IMG/VR virus record: IMGVR_UViG_3300022758_000169
Direction: 5' to 3' (one strand)
DNA length: 39,612 bases
Source: a virus
Lineage: Duplodnaviria; Heunggongvirae; Uroviricota; Caudoviricetes
Shown here: piece after piece, positions 1-8,872 of the stretch
How the letters are laid out: each line of letters opens with the position of its first letter
How positions within the stretch are numbered: position 1 is the stretch's first letter
Made by a program: the position numbers and the translations under genes
The notes under the pieces: model-generated
The model's input: only the letters and a program-made list of their open reading frames with translations
The model's database searches: none
Told to the model about the DNA's origin: nothing

Positions 1-357
1 TGGATATCACGCAGGCATTTGCTCACACCGACGATGTAGCAGAACATGGTGGTCAGCTCCGCCGCCGCGCCCGATACGTCGTGCCCGTCGTCCTGTAACT
101 GGTTCAGCAGATTCATCAGCAGTGAGTTCTCCGTCAGGCCGAGAACACCAGATGGGGAATGAATCAGGCTGCGGTAGCCGGGCTTCAGTGGGGCACTGTA
201 GGTTTTGTTCTCTATCTTCATCGCCTGCATTACTGCTGACGCCGTGGCGTTGGCTACCTGGTCGGCAACCATCTTTATGCGTTCTTCTTGCGGGAGCGAG
301 TTTTTTATGTAACTTCCGGTGCGGCGGATCTGAGGAAGAACCTCACCTGTAACCCAT
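1..357. repeat. inverted repeat, left copy (antirepressor C-terminal module); reverse complement of 39256..39612
   Basis: Direct comparison: window start tggatatcacgcaggca is the reverse complement of the window end; about 98 percent identity over 357 bp with roughly 8 mismatches. Confidence 0.9.
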
Positions 358-668
358 TTACGAAAGCGGTAGGGGATAGTGCCTGGTGTCACTGCGTCGC
401 GGCAGCGGAGGATCAGTGTGTAGAGGCCTGACTCGGAGATGATGTTGATCTCTTTTACTCGGCTGTCAAAAATTGCACGATGTTCATGCCCTATGTTGAA
501 CATAGACCTTTCATCATCATCCAGTTTTTCAAGTGCTTGGGTGACGTTTTGGATACGCAGCGCACTACAAACGTCTTGGGCTACAAACCATGGTTGGCCA
601 TCGATAATGATGGAACGGATAGGGTTAACAGATTCAAATTTGAAGATGGAAGTTTGAGCATTAGCCAT
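1..668 (-). CDS. antirepressor, BRO-N-type N-terminal domain plus shared C-terminal module; 3' end cut by window edge
   Basis: ATG at 668..666 preceded by GGAGAT; translation MANAQTSIFKFESVNPIRSIIIDGQPWFVAQDVCSAL...ISESGLYTLIL...FRKWVTGEVLPQIRRTGSY is a BRO-N-like pattern; reading frame open to the window start. Confidence 0.75.
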   Translation of the reverse strand, partial: MANAQTSIFKFESVNPIRSIIIDGQPWFVAQDVCSALRIQNVTQALEKLDDDERSMFNIGHEHRAIFDSRVKEINIISESGLYTLILRCRDAVTPGTIPYRFRKWVTGEVLPQIRRTGSYIKNSLPQEERIKMVADQVANATASAVMQAMKIENKTYSAPLKPGYRSLIHSPSGVLGLTENSLLMNLLNQLQDDGHDVSGAAAELTTMFCYIVGVSKCLRDI

Positions 669-823
669 GGTGGTTATCTCCACTTAGTGATTTTAATCAC
701 CACCGCAACGCCAATTACTGGTGGTGAACTGGACAAGGTTGGCGTACCGGCCTAAGTGGTACCGGCGTCCTTTCGGACCCCTGCCCAGCCCACCATAATT
801 CGGATATAGCTGTGCTTAACGCA

Positions 824-945
824 TAAAAAAACCACGTCTGGCGTGGTATGCGCCACTTAGTAACCCGGGACGCCAATCCCGGCACTGGATTTTGCCAGTG
901 CCCGATTACTATGGCACAAGAGGAGTGCGATGTAAATTTACCGAA
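824..945 (-). ncRNA. candidate structured antisense small RNA (c4-like), copy A
   Basis: Promoter TTGATT-N17-TATTAT on minus strand, predicted three-way-junction fold, hairpin loop UUGGCGU, terminator hairpin CCACG/CGTGG followed by U7; homologous to 38686..38806. Confidence 0.45.
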
Positions 946-952
946 AAGGTAA
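938..952. promoter_or_regulatory. operator-like palindrome TTACCGAAAAGGTAA
   Basis: TTACC-N5-GGTAA overlapping the predicted start of sRNA copy A. Confidence 0.5.
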
Positions 953-1099
953 TAATAGACGAAGATAAATATCAAAATCAACCATATTTGGTTAAGGTGT
1001 ATAAAAGAGCCACCAGCGAGAAATTGTACCGCGATGTAAAATAACGAGCATCTGCTGGCTTACAACCAGCGATGTTTCAAACTTGTCACTACTATCAAC

Positions 1100-1498
1100 G
1101 TGCCATTCCACGGCGTAGAACTTTATGTTGTCAATCACAACGGCGAACCGTACACCCCAATGAAACCTATCGTTGAGGGAATGGGTCTAGACTGGAAATC
1201 TCAACATAAGAAGATTTCTCAACGCTTCTCGAAGGGTATGGTGGAAATCACCATACCTTCTGCCGGAGGGGTGCAAGCCATGATTTGTATGGCTTTACGA
1301 AAATTGGCAGCTTGGTTGAACAGCATCAGTCCAAACAAAGTCCGCCCTGAAATCCGCGATAAGGTAATCCAGTATCAGGAAGAGTGTGATGATGTGCTCT
1401 ACGAGTACTGGACTAAAGGCCATGTGGTTAACCCGCGCAAAGCTAAAAAGGTGTTGCCGGGTAAAATCACGACTGAACAGCAGGAGGTATACACTTAA
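1100..1498 (+). CDS. antirepressor-like protein (recalled P22 antirepressor N-terminal domain pattern)
   Basis: ORF with motif GEPY...EGMGLDWKSQHKKI; divergent from sRNA/antirepressor copy A. Domain assignment from memory. Confidence 0.45.
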   Translation: MPFHGVELYVVNHNGEPYTPMKPIVEGMGLDWKSQHKKISQRFSKGMVEITIPSAGGVQAMICMALRKLAAWLNSISPNKVRPEIRDKVIQYQEECDDVLYEYWTKGHVVNPRKAKKVLPGKITTEQQEVYT

Positions 1499-1523
1499 CA
1501 CTTGATCACATTAGCACAAAATA

Positions 1524-1538
1524 TTACCTTTAAGGTAA
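1524..1538. promoter_or_regulatory. operator-like palindrome TTACCTTTAAGGTAA
   Basis: Perfect TTACC-N5-GGTAA about 20 bp upstream of the ORF at 1559; the same site and leader recur at 38586..38600. Confidence 0.5.
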
Positions 1539-1558
1539 TGTTATTGTGAGGAAAAGCA

Positions 1559-2086
1559 ATGGAAGTTTTCTTAATCATCGTCGGCATCGTGATTATTAAT
1601 TTTGTTTTTTTATTTATTGCAAAAAAACAAAAAAGTAACGATATGCATGTTTCTACAACTGATGATCTTACCTTTGTAGAGCATGCACTGAATGTATCAG
1701 GATATAAACTCACCCCATACGGAGCTGGTGTATCACTCATGTCTTTAAGTAACGGTTTTTCAAAAGAAGAAACATTTTCACATATAGCTTTGATGGCTCT
1801 TTCTCAACACGCCAAAGTCGCAGGTAGTGACGCAATTGAGCTTAGTAAAGTTAGCATTCGTGCGATGTCGATAGCTGAAAACTTAACTAAATTATTCAGG
1901 AAAGGTCTTATTCGATCAGAAATATATAAAAATGATTTGAATGCTATCATGGCTGTCAGCACAATTAATGAAAACCAAGAGGATTGGATTTCCATAGTTC
2001 TGGAAAGCAATAGCACATCTAACAAGGATACTATTGCTTTGCCGATAAGTGCAGAAGCTTCTTTAGAAGCCATAAACAGCCATTGA
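1559..2086 (+). CDS. membrane-anchored hypothetical protein (moron), AT-rich
   Basis: SD GAGGAAAA then ATG; N-terminus MEVFLIIVGIVIINFVFLFIA is a predicted TM helix; AT-rich codon usage; leader and first 13 nt of CDS shared with the gene at 37837..38565. Confidence 0.6.
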   Translation: MEVFLIIVGIVIINFVFLFIAKKQKSNDMHVSTTDDLTFVEHALNVSGYKLTPYGAGVSLMSLSNGFSKEETFSHIALMALSQHAKVAGSDAIELSKVSIRAMSIAENLTKLFRKGLIRSEIYKNDLNAIMAVSTINENQEDWISIVLESNSTSNKDTIALPISAEASLEAINSH

Positions 2087-2107
2087 AAGAACTCCAATAA
2101 ATATTGA

Positions 2108-4771
2108 TTAACGCATCACCGGATCCACTTGGTTTATTAGTGGCGCAATCCAGAACAGGTTATTGCCGGGTATCAGGGTTCGGACATTATGCACAATACG
2201 ATCACCGGCATCACCATTCAACACTCCTGAGGTCACATCAATGATGCTATCCGCAAGACCAAATGACGGTCCGAATAGAGATCCTACGAATCCACGACTG
2301 GCATACCTGGACTGTGTGCCAGTGCCAAATAAAGCCCCCAGCCCAACAGCACCACCAGTCGCCTTTTCAGCCATGTTGTTATATTCCATCAATGGCCCAA
2401 GAATACCGGATCTATCTATACCCTCAAGCACCAGCTTCTCTGGTGACCAGTCAACATTTTTCCCTTTCGATGCTTCTTTAAGCGCATAGACCAGTGAGCC
2501 AAGAGCAATCTGAAATGCAGTGCCATAATAAAATTGCGCAGTTCCTTCCTGTAACCCACCAAGTAGCGCACGGTTGTATGAAGCCGTTGTGAATGATTTA
2601 AACTGAAATATCGTTCGCCCCATTGGAGTACTCGCCCATAAAGGTGTGTCACCAATACCGGGGGTGATGATAGTGTTATTAACGTCTTTCAGAACCGCTG
2701 ACTGGAATACTCCGGCAACGTACTGATCGTCCCATTTATCAAAGTTACCAATGTGCCATCCATCAATTACCTCACCATGTTTCTCGAACTCACTGCGAAT
2801 ACGCGCAGCCATATTGTCGTTGATACCGAGTTTTGCCATGCGACGTGCAGAAAACGCACCGGACAAAATACCGTCTGACGTGAGCATTCCGTTCATGGAT
2901 TTGTTTATGTCATTAAATCGATCCATGAGTGTCAGCTTGCCGAAGGCATCAGTAATTCGCTCCATTCCTGCTTCGACTGCTGTTGTCCTGGAAGAACTGT
3001 CAACAAGATCACCAATTGCACGAGAACGTGAATGTAGTACAGCTTCCAATCCAATCCCCATCTTCAACATATCTTCTTTGCTGGCCTTAAATGCCGGTGA
3101 TTGGGATATCTGAGAAGCATAGCCTTTCATGGTGTTACGGAAACCATTAACCATAACCCCTCTGGCCAGATCTGGAATAGCTGATACTGTCATTCCACCG
3201 AGTTTGGTCGTGAAGTTCACATCCCGCAGAAAAGCGCCAGCACGAACAAAAAACGAAGACGGATCATCAGGCATCCCATATGTACCAACAAGACGATCGC
3301 GTAATGCTGTTATGTCTCTGAGATCATTTGCTCTTGATTTTGAAAGTCTGGACTGTTCTTTCCGTAATTCCTTTTCGTACTTTCGCATTAATGAATCGAG
3401 TTTACCCTGAGGAACAACTTCACCATTGCTCTCATAACGTGCTTTCAGATTTGCCACACTTTCGTCATATTTCGCCTTTATTTTTTCAGGCACTTCCCGT
3501 AACAGACTGTCATATTCGTCCTCAATTAATTGCAGACGCTCTGTCATAGTTCGTTTGCCAAATGTTCTCGTCAACTCAATTTCTGCTGCCGCTTCACGGA
3601 TATGACGTTGTAGAACGTAATTCACATCACTTTCGAGATAATCCCTGATAAGACTATCAGGCACATTTAATGTTCTTTCTTTCGTACTACCTGCGGCTTT
3701 TACAGAAAATACGCTGACAAAATCCTGTGGAACCTTAGCACCAGTAATTTTATTAATTACGATATCCGCTGCAATTTCAGCATCCTCAGGATCCAGTGTT
3801 TTATTGCCTCTCGACCACCAGTCAACCAAAATACGTCGAAATTTATCGCGTTCACTGATTATTTTTCCAACTTTATATATACGTGGGAAATAGCTTGCCT
3901 GGCCTAATGCTTTCAGTTCTTCATCTGGAGGCAATAAACCAAGCTTTTGCATTTCAACCTTCACCCGATTTAATACAGTTCGCATCGCCTGCGCCGTTTC
4001 CTGAACAACAGGATTAGCATGCACATCACCGCTTCGCATAGCATTCCCAACCTGCTGACGAAATGAATCAAAACTCATGTCACCACCATCAGCTTTATAC
4101 TTTGCGTATGCCTGTTTATTTCCGACAACAACAGCAGCTTCTTCACGCTGCCATCCACGTGTACGGGTTTCTACAGCTACCGGTGTTTCAATCCCCCTTT
4201 CATTTCCTTTAAGGGTGAAATTATTTTCGGCTAACTCCAGCGTTGTTTTTCGCACTGTCTTGGACGGAGACTCCATTAACCTTGTCAAAGGAGTAAGATA
4301 GCTCCCTGCTTTCCATGCAGCCTTTCCAACCACCCCACCGGAAACAGGGGTTAAATCATCCAGAGTCGCTGTATCAATTTTCATAGCACCAACACTACCA
4401 CCATCAGAAAGCGAAGCGGCAGCCCTGTCAGTCGCTGATGTAATGCTCATATTATCAAGAGCATCAGCAACCTCACGCGTGGCTGCAGCCCGGACGGATG
4501 GCGAAAGCGCAACACCAGCACTGGCAAACACGCCGCTCATCATCGCACCCGCTGCAATGTGAGCGGCACTTTCACCCCATGAGCGTGTTATTTGCTGATT
4601 ATTCAGCACAACCTCGCTTAATGCTGTACCGGCTGCACCAATCGCAATCTGTGAGCCAATACGCGCCAGTGCCCCTCCTTGAGCACCGGGGATAAACATT
4701 GACGCAACAGTAACCGGATCCATTCCCGCAGCAATACTGGCAAGGGTTCCAACTACGCCAGCATCAGACAA
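2108..4771 (-). CDS. large internal virion / ejection protein (887 aa)
   Basis: Long ORF at the distal end of the virion operon, Gly/Ala-rich N-terminus; position analogous to T7-like internal core proteins. Confidence 0.55.
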   Translation of the reverse strand: MSDAGVVGTLASIAAGMDPVTVASMFIPGAQGGALARIGSQIAIGAAGTALSEVVLNNQQITRSWGESAAHIAAGAMMSGVFASAGVALSPSVRAAATREVADALDNMSITSATDRAAASLSDGGSVGAMKIDTATLDDLTPVSGGVVGKAAWKAGSYLTPLTRLMESPSKTVRKTTLELAENNFTLKGNERGIETPVAVETRTRGWQREEAAVVVGNKQAYAKYKADGGDMSFDSFRQQVGNAMRSGDVHANPVVQETAQAMRTVLNRVKVEMQKLGLLPPDEELKALGQASYFPRIYKVGKIISERDKFRRILVDWWSRGNKTLDPEDAEIAADIVINKITGAKVPQDFVSVFSVKAAGSTKERTLNVPDSLIRDYLESDVNYVLQRHIREAAAEIELTRTFGKRTMTERLQLIEDEYDSLLREVPEKIKAKYDESVANLKARYESNGEVVPQGKLDSLMRKYEKELRKEQSRLSKSRANDLRDITALRDRLVGTYGMPDDPSSFFVRAGAFLRDVNFTTKLGGMTVSAIPDLARGVMVNGFRNTMKGYASQISQSPAFKASKEDMLKMGIGLEAVLHSRSRAIGDLVDSSSRTTAVEAGMERITDAFGKLTLMDRFNDINKSMNGMLTSDGILSGAFSARRMAKLGINDNMAARIRSEFEKHGEVIDGWHIGNFDKWDDQYVAGVFQSAVLKDVNNTIITPGIGDTPLWASTPMGRTIFQFKSFTTASYNRALLGGLQEGTAQFYYGTAFQIALGSLVYALKEASKGKNVDWSPEKLVLEGIDRSGILGPLMEYNNMAEKATGGAVGLGALFGTGTQSRYASRGFVGSLFGPSFGLADSIIDVTSGVLNGDAGDRIVHNVRTLIPGNNLFWIAPLINQVDPVMR

Positions 4772-4797
4772 TAAACGTCTGTCTTCATTTTCATCAT

Positions 4798-5127
4798 CTA
4801 TCTGCTGCTTAATCCACGCCGTTTCCTCTGGCGATCGGGAATCTGCAAATTTCGCCCCCAGTATTCATAACCGTGCAACTCATTTTTATCAGCATATGGG
4901 TTATAACCTTCGACCGGTTCAAACTGTCTGGCAGGACGGAAAAAACCAGCCAGAATATTGTTCTGTCGTATTGCTGCGGCAAGCAATGAAGGCTCTTTGG
5001 GACGAGGTTCAGGGTTCTTACCTTCTGGCGGATGCACATCAAAACTCTGTTCATCAGGTTCAGGAATGGCGAGACCAGCAGAAATAAATCCGTTATTGTT
5101 TGATTCAGATACAGGATAGAACGGCAT
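4798..5127 (-). CDS. small virion-operon protein, translationally coupled
   Basis: ATG overlaps the upstream stop in TAATG at 5129..5125; 109-aa Pro-rich ORF. Confidence 0.4.
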   Translation of the reverse strand: MPFYPVSESNNNGFISAGLAIPEPDEQSFDVHPPEGKNPEPRPKEPSLLAAAIRQNNILAGFFRPARQFEPVEGYNPYADKNELHGYEYWGRNLQIPDRQRKRRGLSSR

Positions 5128-7835
5128 TATTTAGATCCCCACGAAAAGTAATCTTTAAATTTGTCCATACGTTCGTTATGCAGGCGCTGATACTGCTCAT
5201 CCAGAGCGCGATGCTTGTCTTTGAAGTTTCGTATAGCCTGTCCACGCATAATTTCTTCCTGCTCGTGCTGCTCCCGTTCCTGCTGCATTTTCTTATAAGG
5301 TTCCCAATCTTCTAGTGATGGCCCCCAGCGCATCTGTCTTCCATGCTTGTCATAAAATAAATCATCCCTCGTAATACCATCTTTATCTTTTGTTCTGATC
5401 ACAACTGAATAAAGCTTATCTCTCGGAGTTGATAAGTCAGGAACGAGAATCAACTCACCTCCAACCAGTGAGCGTGGCTTATTCAGTCCCAATGCACCAG
5501 CCTCAGTTGAAGGTCGGTTAAATGAAGGAGCCGGTTTATGTAAGTCATCGCCATACATGATTTTTTCTTTTTCAGCCTTCCATTGCGCTGCAATCCAGCC
5601 TGACGGCCCATATTGATAAAGCGCCTCCGGTGCATATTTCATAAACTGTGCTTCCCCGTTGACCTCGCTGATACTCCAAGTGCGGGCTATCTGCTGGTTG
5701 GTCATTTGCTTCGCTACGTCAGCGTTACCACCAGCAAGGCGATAGTTAACGTCATACAGCATCTGATAGTCATTGCGAAAGAGCGCTGCTTCCGGTGTCT
5801 GGTCATCCGCAGACGGATCCCAGCGAAGCCAGTGAGTCATATTACTGACAGCAGAATTGGCTGCGCTGTCACGCTCTTTTTTGTATTCTCTTGTACTCTG
5901 AACAGATGAGAGCTGCGCCCTTAGTGCATCTGTCTGGTTGTATGTCTTACTCTGCGCTTCCACAATAGCAGCATCTGAAGACATCCCTGCATCAGTTAGT
6001 TGCTTAACAGTCAGATAAAAACCCTGCATATCCTTCGGCATATTTCCAATAGATGCATTGTCTGTTTCATATAACCGACTAAACAGTTCCGCCGCATTTT
6101 TAACCACTTCCTGATTGCTGGATCGGGATACTGCTGAAAGCTGCGTGATGACCTGCGAAGGCATTATGCCAGTCTGAGCCACAAGCCGAACAACCCCATC
6201 ATGAGTGGAGGCATCATTAATACGAAAGTTCTGCGCCATTTCTGTGTAATCAGCAGCTTTCTGCATTGACTTGTTGCTTGGGTCTAATTTTTCACCTATT
6301 GTCAGCGCCTCATTAAATCTGCGTGAATCCCGTTGCGCCTGAATTGCTTCATTTGATCTCTGAAGCAATGCAGACAATTTTCCGTAAGCATCGAGTTTTA
6401 ACGCATAGTGAGGATCGTTAACCTCAGGCTTCACTTTCTGCATTTCTTCTTGCTGCTGAGAAGGAGGCAAATACTGAATTGTCTGGAATATTCTCGCGTT
6501 ATCAATCGCTATATCCAGTTGATTGATTATTTTATCTGCGTTTTTTCCATACCCCCTGATGATGGTCTCCTGAGCCGGTATATAATCTGGAACCTCACCG
6601 TTATATAGCTGGGCCATGGTGTTATTAATAGCTGGCTCAAGCTGTTCTAATATTAACTTCCTTTGCTTTTCTATCTGACTATTAGCAAGGTTATCTATTT
6701 GATAAATAGTCAGCGGATCCATTCCAGTTTTATTTTTTCTATATCGGGAAAGCCACCCTTGTGTTTCTGATGGAAGATTTCGGATAAATTCTTCTTCTGA
6801 TATTTCACCTTTACGTGGATCACCGACTTTGGCGATCAGTTTATCCACGTTACCCATCCCCCAGTTATATGCTGCTCCGGTCAATATTTCGGAACCGTAC
6901 TTACCATACAGTTGATTTACATAGTCACTGGCGAGCATTTCATGCTGTTGTTCGTCCGTAGGGTTGTATTCAACGCCACGTTTGGCCGCCAGTTCTTTCC
7001 CTGTGCCCGGCATTAACTGGTATTTCCCCTGGGCCCTCTCTCCAGAAGATGTTTTCGGTCCTTCAAGAATACTACCATCAGGATTAAAATGACGATCACC
7101 TGATTCAACAAGGCGTATGGCACGCATGTCCATGCCTCCAGAATCATTTTTCTGAAACTGACCATTTAACCATCCTTCCGGATTAGCAGCGGCATAATTC
7201 TTCGCCCGCATTTCTGTGGCACTGCGATCATCACTTTCTATTTCTTCCAGAATGCGTTCTTGTGACCATCCCCTGGCTGCTCCATATCTGGCAATGGCTA
7301 CCATTCTGGAATTTCTGGCTAAAGTGGCAGTTTGCGGGTCATTCCAGGCATCCGCTTCATTTTGTATCCATAATTTTCTCGTTGCCTGATATTGCTCATC
7401 TTCATAGGCATTTGTCTGCCCTATCTCATGTCTGAGAACTCCAGTACTGAACTGAATTTTCTGTGTTCTGGCTTGTTGCAAAAACATATTTCTTGCTGCT
7501 TCATCAGTCAATGAAGCAGCTATTTCTTCCACATCCTGATCAAATCCAGATATGTACTCTTGCCCCTTACCAATCGCATTTTTGCCTTGTTGTGCATAAA
7601 AACCGGTTTGAGGGTTATAAAGACGTTCATTGCTGCGCTGATTAAGCTGAAGGATGGCATCCTGAGACAATGCAACATTCGCTTTCTGCCTGGCTTCACC
7701 ATATGCCACCGCATACTGATCTGCGACATTCGCCAGCACCTGACCTGCCTGAGGAACATCGAAGGTTTGAAAACCACCGGTTTGCACACCACGACTTTGC
7801 ACCTGGCGTCCGGATGTAGTAGGAACAACAGGCAT
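5127..7835 (-). CDS. internal virion protein with lytic transglycosylase (SLT-like) motif
   Basis: 902-aa ORF; motif GERAQGKYQLMPGTGKELAA...AAYNWGMGNV resembles the SLT catalytic region. Confidence 0.7.
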   Translation of the reverse strand: MPVVPTTSGRQVQSRGVQTGGFQTFDVPQAGQVLANVADQYAVAYGEARQKANVALSQDAILQLNQRSNERLYNPQTGFYAQQGKNAIGKGQEYISGFDQDVEEIAASLTDEAARNMFLQQARTQKIQFSTGVLRHEIGQTNAYEDEQYQATRKLWIQNEADAWNDPQTATLARNSRMVAIARYGAARGWSQERILEEIESDDRSATEMRAKNYAAANPEGWLNGQFQKNDSGGMDMRAIRLVESGDRHFNPDGSILEGPKTSSGERAQGKYQLMPGTGKELAAKRGVEYNPTDEQQHEMLASDYVNQLYGKYGSEILTGAAYNWGMGNVDKLIAKVGDPRKGEISEEEFIRNLPSETQGWLSRYRKNKTGMDPLTIYQIDNLANSQIEKQRKLILEQLEPAINNTMAQLYNGEVPDYIPAQETIIRGYGKNADKIINQLDIAIDNARIFQTIQYLPPSQQQEEMQKVKPEVNDPHYALKLDAYGKLSALLQRSNEAIQAQRDSRRFNEALTIGEKLDPSNKSMQKAADYTEMAQNFRINDASTHDGVVRLVAQTGIMPSQVITQLSAVSRSSNQEVVKNAAELFSRLYETDNASIGNMPKDMQGFYLTVKQLTDAGMSSDAAIVEAQSKTYNQTDALRAQLSSVQSTREYKKERDSAANSAVSNMTHWLRWDPSADDQTPEAALFRNDYQMLYDVNYRLAGGNADVAKQMTNQQIARTWSISEVNGEAQFMKYAPEALYQYGPSGWIAAQWKAEKEKIMYGDDLHKPAPSFNRPSTEAGALGLNKPRSLVGGELILVPDLSTPRDKLYSVVIRTKDKDGITRDDLFYDKHGRQMRWGPSLEDWEPYKKMQQEREQHEQEEIMRGQAIRNFKDKHRALDEQYQRLHNERMDKFKDYFSWGSK

Positions 7836-8194
7836 CAGTAACCTCCTATTTTGAATCGGGAGTCAGAATTCATAAAACCTGAGTTAGATAACATTGGCGT
7901 TCCACCACCAGATGCACTTCCTTTAGAGAACGGACTCCACGTCCCACCAAACATCTGGTACGCACCGTATGCCTTCAGAGGCGCAGTGAGCAATGTTGTT
8001 GCTGCTCCCACATTCCCCTGTTTACGGGCTGAACTGGCTTCTGCTTTATAGTTGGCAGCCTGAACCTGATAACCGTAAGCCTCGCGTTGCGCGTTATTCA
8101 CCGTCGTCAGCGAATCAAGAGCGCCAAACTGAGCAGTGTCACCAAATATATCCAGCGCGTTACCTGTAGATAAATCGGCGCCGGTCGCCCCCAT
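7835..8194 (-). CDS. virion-operon protein; possibly the C-terminal part of a frameshifted gene
   Basis: 119-aa ORF; its frame stays open upstream to about 8272 and overlaps a 47-aa ORF (8265..8408) that starts in TAATG after the upstream gene. Confidence 0.4.
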   Translation of the reverse strand: MGATGADLSTGNALDIFGDTAQFGALDSLTTVNNAQREAYGYQVQAANYKAEASSARKQGNVGAATTLLTAPLKAYGAYQMFGGTWSPFSKGSASGGGTPMLSNSGFMNSDSRFKIGGY

Positions 8195-8407
8195 TGTCGC
8201 CGCCTGTGTACCAAGCCGCTGTCGGGTCTCTCTGCGCCGTTGCTCAGCTTCAGCGTTACCCTGTTTATTGCATCATTGCCTGAGCTGTGGCTATATCTGC
8301 GTTCGCTTCTGCAACCTTCGAGGCATACCTTCCCTGTTGGTACTGGGTGTATGCCTGAATGCCACTCATGGCGAGCATTGCGCCACCAGCAATAACCGGA
8401 TCGCACA

Positions 8408-8872
8408 TTATTTTCTCTCCATGTGAAATCTGTGGAAATTAAGACCAAGAGCACCATAAGGCGCGGCTTCTTCAAGCCTGAATCCAAGCCAGTGCAGCCA
8501 TGCTTTGGCAACATGGTTTCGCTCGTCGACGTAGTTTTCCAGGCGCGGATAAACTGCCAGCATCTGCTGCAATACAGGGCGGCAGTGGCGAAGAAATGTC
8601 TTCTGATATTTTTCAATACGGCTGGTCCCGACCAGCCAGGGCGTACCATTGCCACCGATCATTGACGCCGGAGATACACCAAACATGGTTACCAGTTCTC
8701 CGTTCGCGAACCCTGACCAGGCCATAGTCGCAGTGCGAAGACCAACACGCAGCGCATCTTCGGTAGTCATCAGCGATACCGCATACAGTTCGTCAATATC
8801 AGCCTGACGAACATCCGGCAAAATCATCTGAAGATGCTCTTCGGTAGCGGGAATAATTCGAACATCGATCAT
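8408..8872 (-). CDS. virion-operon protein (154 aa)
   Basis: ORF between the tail tube gene and the internal protein genes. Confidence 0.45.
   Translation of the reverse strand: MIDVRIIPATEEHLQMILPDVRQADIDELYAVSLMTTEDALRVGLRTATMAWSGFANGELVTMFGVSPASMIGGNGTPWLVGTSRIEKYQKTFLRHCRPVLQQMLAVYPRLENYVDERNHVAKAWLHWLGFRLEEAAPYGALGLNFHRFHMERK

Noticed and set aside
122-352. Plus-strand 76-aa ORF (and its mirror at 39306..39491 on the minus strand)
   Set aside because: Both are antisense to well-supported antirepressor coding sequence and have Arg/Ser/Cys-rich composition typical of GC-rich antisense frames.
2163-2655. Plus-strand and short minus-strand ORFs inside the 887-aa virion gene
   Set aside because: Embedded in or antisense to a long, clearly coding ORF; no independent translation signals.
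8107-8655. Minus-strand 182-aa ORF
   Set aside because: Overlaps the better-supported virion ORF at 8408..8872 in another frame; Arg/Trp/Cys-rich composition; no ribosome-binding site.
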